NCBI GenBank assembly: GCA_051362555.1
Contig: CM120649.1
Location: 2,356,001 to 2,420,000 of the forward strand
Length of the DNA: 64,000 nt
Direction: 5' to 3'
Source: Lingula anatina
Lineage: Eukaryota > Animalia > Brachiopoda
Positions 60,421 to 64,000 of the stretch are shown piece after piece. Made by a program: the position numbers and the translations under genes. Position 1 is the first letter of the stretch; each line of letters opens with the position of its first letter. The notes beneath the pieces were generated by a model. It saw only the letters and a list, made by a program, of their open reading frames with translations, made no database searches and was not told the DNA's origin.

Positions 60421-61009
60421 AGCTCTGATTGCCGTCGGTTTCGTATGTGGAAGGAGAATGCACACAGTTTTTTATTTACGGCATGATATGTAGTTTTTCA
60501 TAAATTACCCACAAGAAAGGACTGGTAGAACTTTATGGTCGTAAATAATCGGCACTACTAACTACGGATATCAAGAAAACTACCAGGTACACGTACCACT
60601 GTGAAAAACTCGTCTTCTCCCTCACGTGCATTTGCCGTTAATATCCGATATAATCGACAAATAAGTAAAGCACTGTCAGTTACTTTACTCTAAATTACAG
60701 TCAGTGTCAACTTTGATACAGGTTTTCTAATAAAGTTTTGATGTTCAACGTGAGTTTGTGTTTTACGGCTATTTACTGCTTGAGTATGGTCTACCTCCAA
60801 TTTAAAACAGCGCCCTGTAAGGCCCGTCGTGCCCTCTCAGGTACTTGAAGTCGATAACAGAACAGATTACTTGAATACTTAATATATATAGTAGAAATTG
60901 GTACTCATACAAGTGAAAGAGTTTCTAGTTCTTCACAACCAGGATTCTAAATAAAAAAAAACTTGAAAAACAAAATAGACATGTAAAAGATAGCTATATT
61001 CTTATATGG

Positions 61010-61125
61010 TGCCTTACATGCTACCTCAAGGCACCTTACAATAATATAACTAAAATCATTAAAATCACTACTATATTTAAATCTGAAACACTTGGAAACC
61101 ATTTAAAATTAACACTACTAAAAAC

Positions 61126-61165
<40 letters not shown>

Positions 61166-61560
61166 TATGAGATATAGACAGATTTAAAAATGTGAATTTT
61201 AAGAAGGGATTTAAAACTGTCAAAGTCGTCTGCTTTTCTAATAAAATTTGGTAAGGCGTTCCATAATTTGAGGGCATAGATTATAAAAGCCCGATCTCCA
61301 TAACTTTTGAGGCACCCCTTCTCTAAAATAGACTGTTCTAAAATAAGGTCATTCTCAGTATTAAAATGTGTGGACCACCATGGTGAGGTAAAACAGATAG
61401 GATCAGATAAATATAATGGTCCCTGTGTTTGTATCGCCTTAAAAATAATACAAAGTACAAGCAGCCAGTATTATCCTTTCAGAATGGGAGTGATATGGTG
61501 TGTACTATTGCACTTTATTTGACAAACTAGTCTTGCAGCTCAGTCTTTCTTGGAAAGATA
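61010..61560 (-). mobile_element. L2-like LINE 3' end fragment
   Basis: The reverse strand encodes AARLV..HITPIL..KSYGDRAF..KLWNALP..IRKADDFDSFKSLLK. Confidence 0.75.
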
Positions 61561-62539
61561 TAGCAGTACATTAGATTTTCAGTCACAAGAAATATTTATG
61601 AGAAAACAAGATAGCATTACTTAACGAATTGCTTTATAAGCCTTGATAATCATGCTATTTGTATTAAAGACTCACCCAATCAAGTCCTGCTTAGTATAAT
61701 GCTCCCACAGTTTTGATATCATAAAGTCTGTGTTATCCATAAATTTTTCTCATATTTCTTTACTGAAAACTAGCAGGTGACTTAACTTTACTATTTACAT
61801 TAAAAATTGTAAATAGTAACTTAAATAGGGGAAATTATCATAATGATACTTTCTACCTGATTGTTACATGCCAAATTAGTCCTCAGTGCTGAGGCAGATG
61901 TTGGACTCATCAAAATGTATGATCATGCATGATTCTCGGGACAAAATGCATCAAATACTATCATGTTGAGGCACCCTTAACATTGATAACTGCTTTGCTT
62001 TGATATCACAACTTCTAATAGTGTAGCTGGTTACCAATGGACTTTACCTACAACAAATATTCTTACAAATAAGTTGTATACCAAAAGAAAATTAGCAAAA
62101 TTAATAAATTATGAACATCTTAGGGCAAGGAGCATGAGGGAAAATATATATTGGTATTTTAAGTTTGTGACAAAAATGCTGAACACCATAATAAATATTT
62201 ATATAATTTACTACTATGCAGAGGAGATGCCTCATTTTCTTTCAAATAAGAAAGACTAAAAACAAGTTTTATTTCACTGTGACTTGTTTAAAATATATTC
62301 ATAGACAATTAAAAGAATCAAATAAAAATGTTAACTAATCTGGGGTGGGGACAGTGGTAGAAAGTCCACAAGAGATGGAAACTGAAGCTGAGACTGGCAG
62401 GAGATATTTCTCAACTATTGGATGTCAACCAAAAGAATACCACCACATTGCTGTTATTGTATGACCCTGAAAGATTAACACCCATAGTCCCTTTGTGAAA
62501 ATTCATCATTTTAAAATATCACAATATATTTACCTGTGT

Positions 62540-63800
62540 GCTTTTGACTTAATCAAGTTATTTAGCAGGACACAAGTACAAGATTTGTATTTTAATCCAT
62601 TTTTAAAGCAGAAATAGGGAAATATGGAAAATTTGCTATTTGGTTGATGCCATCTTGGATTGTGAATTTTAAAATTTGCATATTTTTTTTTAATGTTTGA
62701 AAAAATATTTTAAAAAATTAACTCAAAACATTCACTTATAATGTATGACAATATTAGGTGGCTTTAGCCAGTCTATGAAAAATGTATTTGAAAATGGCAA
62801 ATTTGGGCATTTTAGCTAAAATGTGAAATTTTTGAAATCTGCCATTTTAAGAGTTTTTTTTTCCTAATTTTTTAGGACTGTTTAAAATACTAAGTAATAT
62901 GCTCTTGACTAAATCAAGATATAATATTTAGCAGGATACAAAAATGAAATGTGTGTTTTTATCCATGCTTGTTTAGTTTAAAGCAGAAATAGGGACATTT
63001 TGCCATTTGATTGCTGCCATCTTGGATTAAGAATTTTAAAATTTTAATAACTTTTTGAAAACTGTGTTTGAAAAAAATTTTATTTTTGATTATAGAAGGA
63101 CAGTACATGTACTTTCTTCTGTAATGTATGGTGATAATAGATGGCTTTGGCCAGTCTATGAAAAGTATATTTTAAAATGGCAAATTTGGGCATTTTAGCA
63201 AAAATTGGAATTTTTGAAAATTCCCCATTTTCAAAGTTATTTTTCTAATTTTTAAAGGACAGCAAAAATTATATTTTTTATGTTTTTCACTTAATCAAGA
63301 TTTAGGATTTAGCAACATACAAATAAAAAATATGTGTTTAACCATGTTTGCTATTTTTTATATACACAAATATGTAAAATGTGCAATTTGGTTGCCACCA
63401 TCTTGGATTAAGAATTTTAAAATTTGAATAATTTTTTGAAAAATGTGTTTGAAAAAAATTTTATTTTTGATTATAAAAGGACAGTACATGTACTTTCTTA
63501 TGTAAGGTATGGTGATAATAGATGGCTTTGGCCAGTCTATGAAAAATGTATTTGAAATTTGCAAATTTTGGCATTTTAGCAAAAATTGGAATTTTTGAAA
63601 ATTCCCCATTTTCAAAGTTATTTTTCTAATTTTTAAAGGCCACCAAAAACATTTATTTATATGTTTTTAGTTCAAATAGGATATGATATTAAACAATGTC
63701 TGAAAATGAAAAATGATTATTTATCCACATTTATGGTTTTTTAGCTCAAATATAGCTGAAATTTAAATTTTGCAATCTGGATTCCGCCATCTTGGGTGAA
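62540..63800. repeat. About three tandem copies of a 370-390-bp AT-rich unit
   Basis: The anchor (G/A)CCATCTTGG recurs at 62649, 63016, 63397 and 63786 with homologous spacers. Confidence 0.8.
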
Positions 63801-64000
63801 AAATTTTAAGTGCTGTTACCATGGCAACCGAGGGTGATTCAAACAAACCAATATCCAATATGTTGGTTTGGGGCTATAATGAACAAATACACCAATTTTC
63901 ATCAAAATCTGAGAGGGTCATGTGCCACCCTATTCTGAACCTTACAGAGACTGCTACTTAAACTGATAAGATTGACTTATATCAAATATCTATTGTTTAG

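Overview
AT-rich, microsatellite-rich eukaryotic DNA, most likely from an invertebrate animal; there are no prokaryotic features. The first ~53.7 kb is a tandem segmental-duplication array holding six + strand TRIM genes whose ORFs have no introns (RING, two B-boxes, coiled coil, NHL beta-propeller). Copies 1, 2, 3 and 6 are intact. Copy 4 has its C-terminus replaced by a MITE insertion, and copy 5 is a frameshift/nonsense pseudogene. They are interleaved with SH3BGRL3-like thioredoxin-fold genes: one full-length ORF, two C-terminally truncated copies, one deleted copy and two remnants fused to TRIM 5' leaders. Main observations: (1) TRIM sequence variation is concentrated in a few codons per NHL blade, in loops expected on one propeller face, and the variants are shared as a patchwork between paralogues, as expected of a diversifying recognition-receptor family; (2) copies 2 and 5 have captured an SH3BGRL splice acceptor and a dead start codon (copy 5 also the SH3BGRL promoter and first exon), whereas copies 1, 3, 4 and 6 have their own TATA/Inr promoter; (3) a hairpin-rich ~280-nt repeat (15 core copies) lies only upstream of the TATA-type copies. 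From 53.7 kb onward the array is interrupted by nested DNA transposons (Kolobok-like, Harbinger-like, and a CCTATAGG-repeat CMC-like element), an L2-like LINE fragment and a ~380-bp tandem repeat. All calls were made by eye; no database searches were run.
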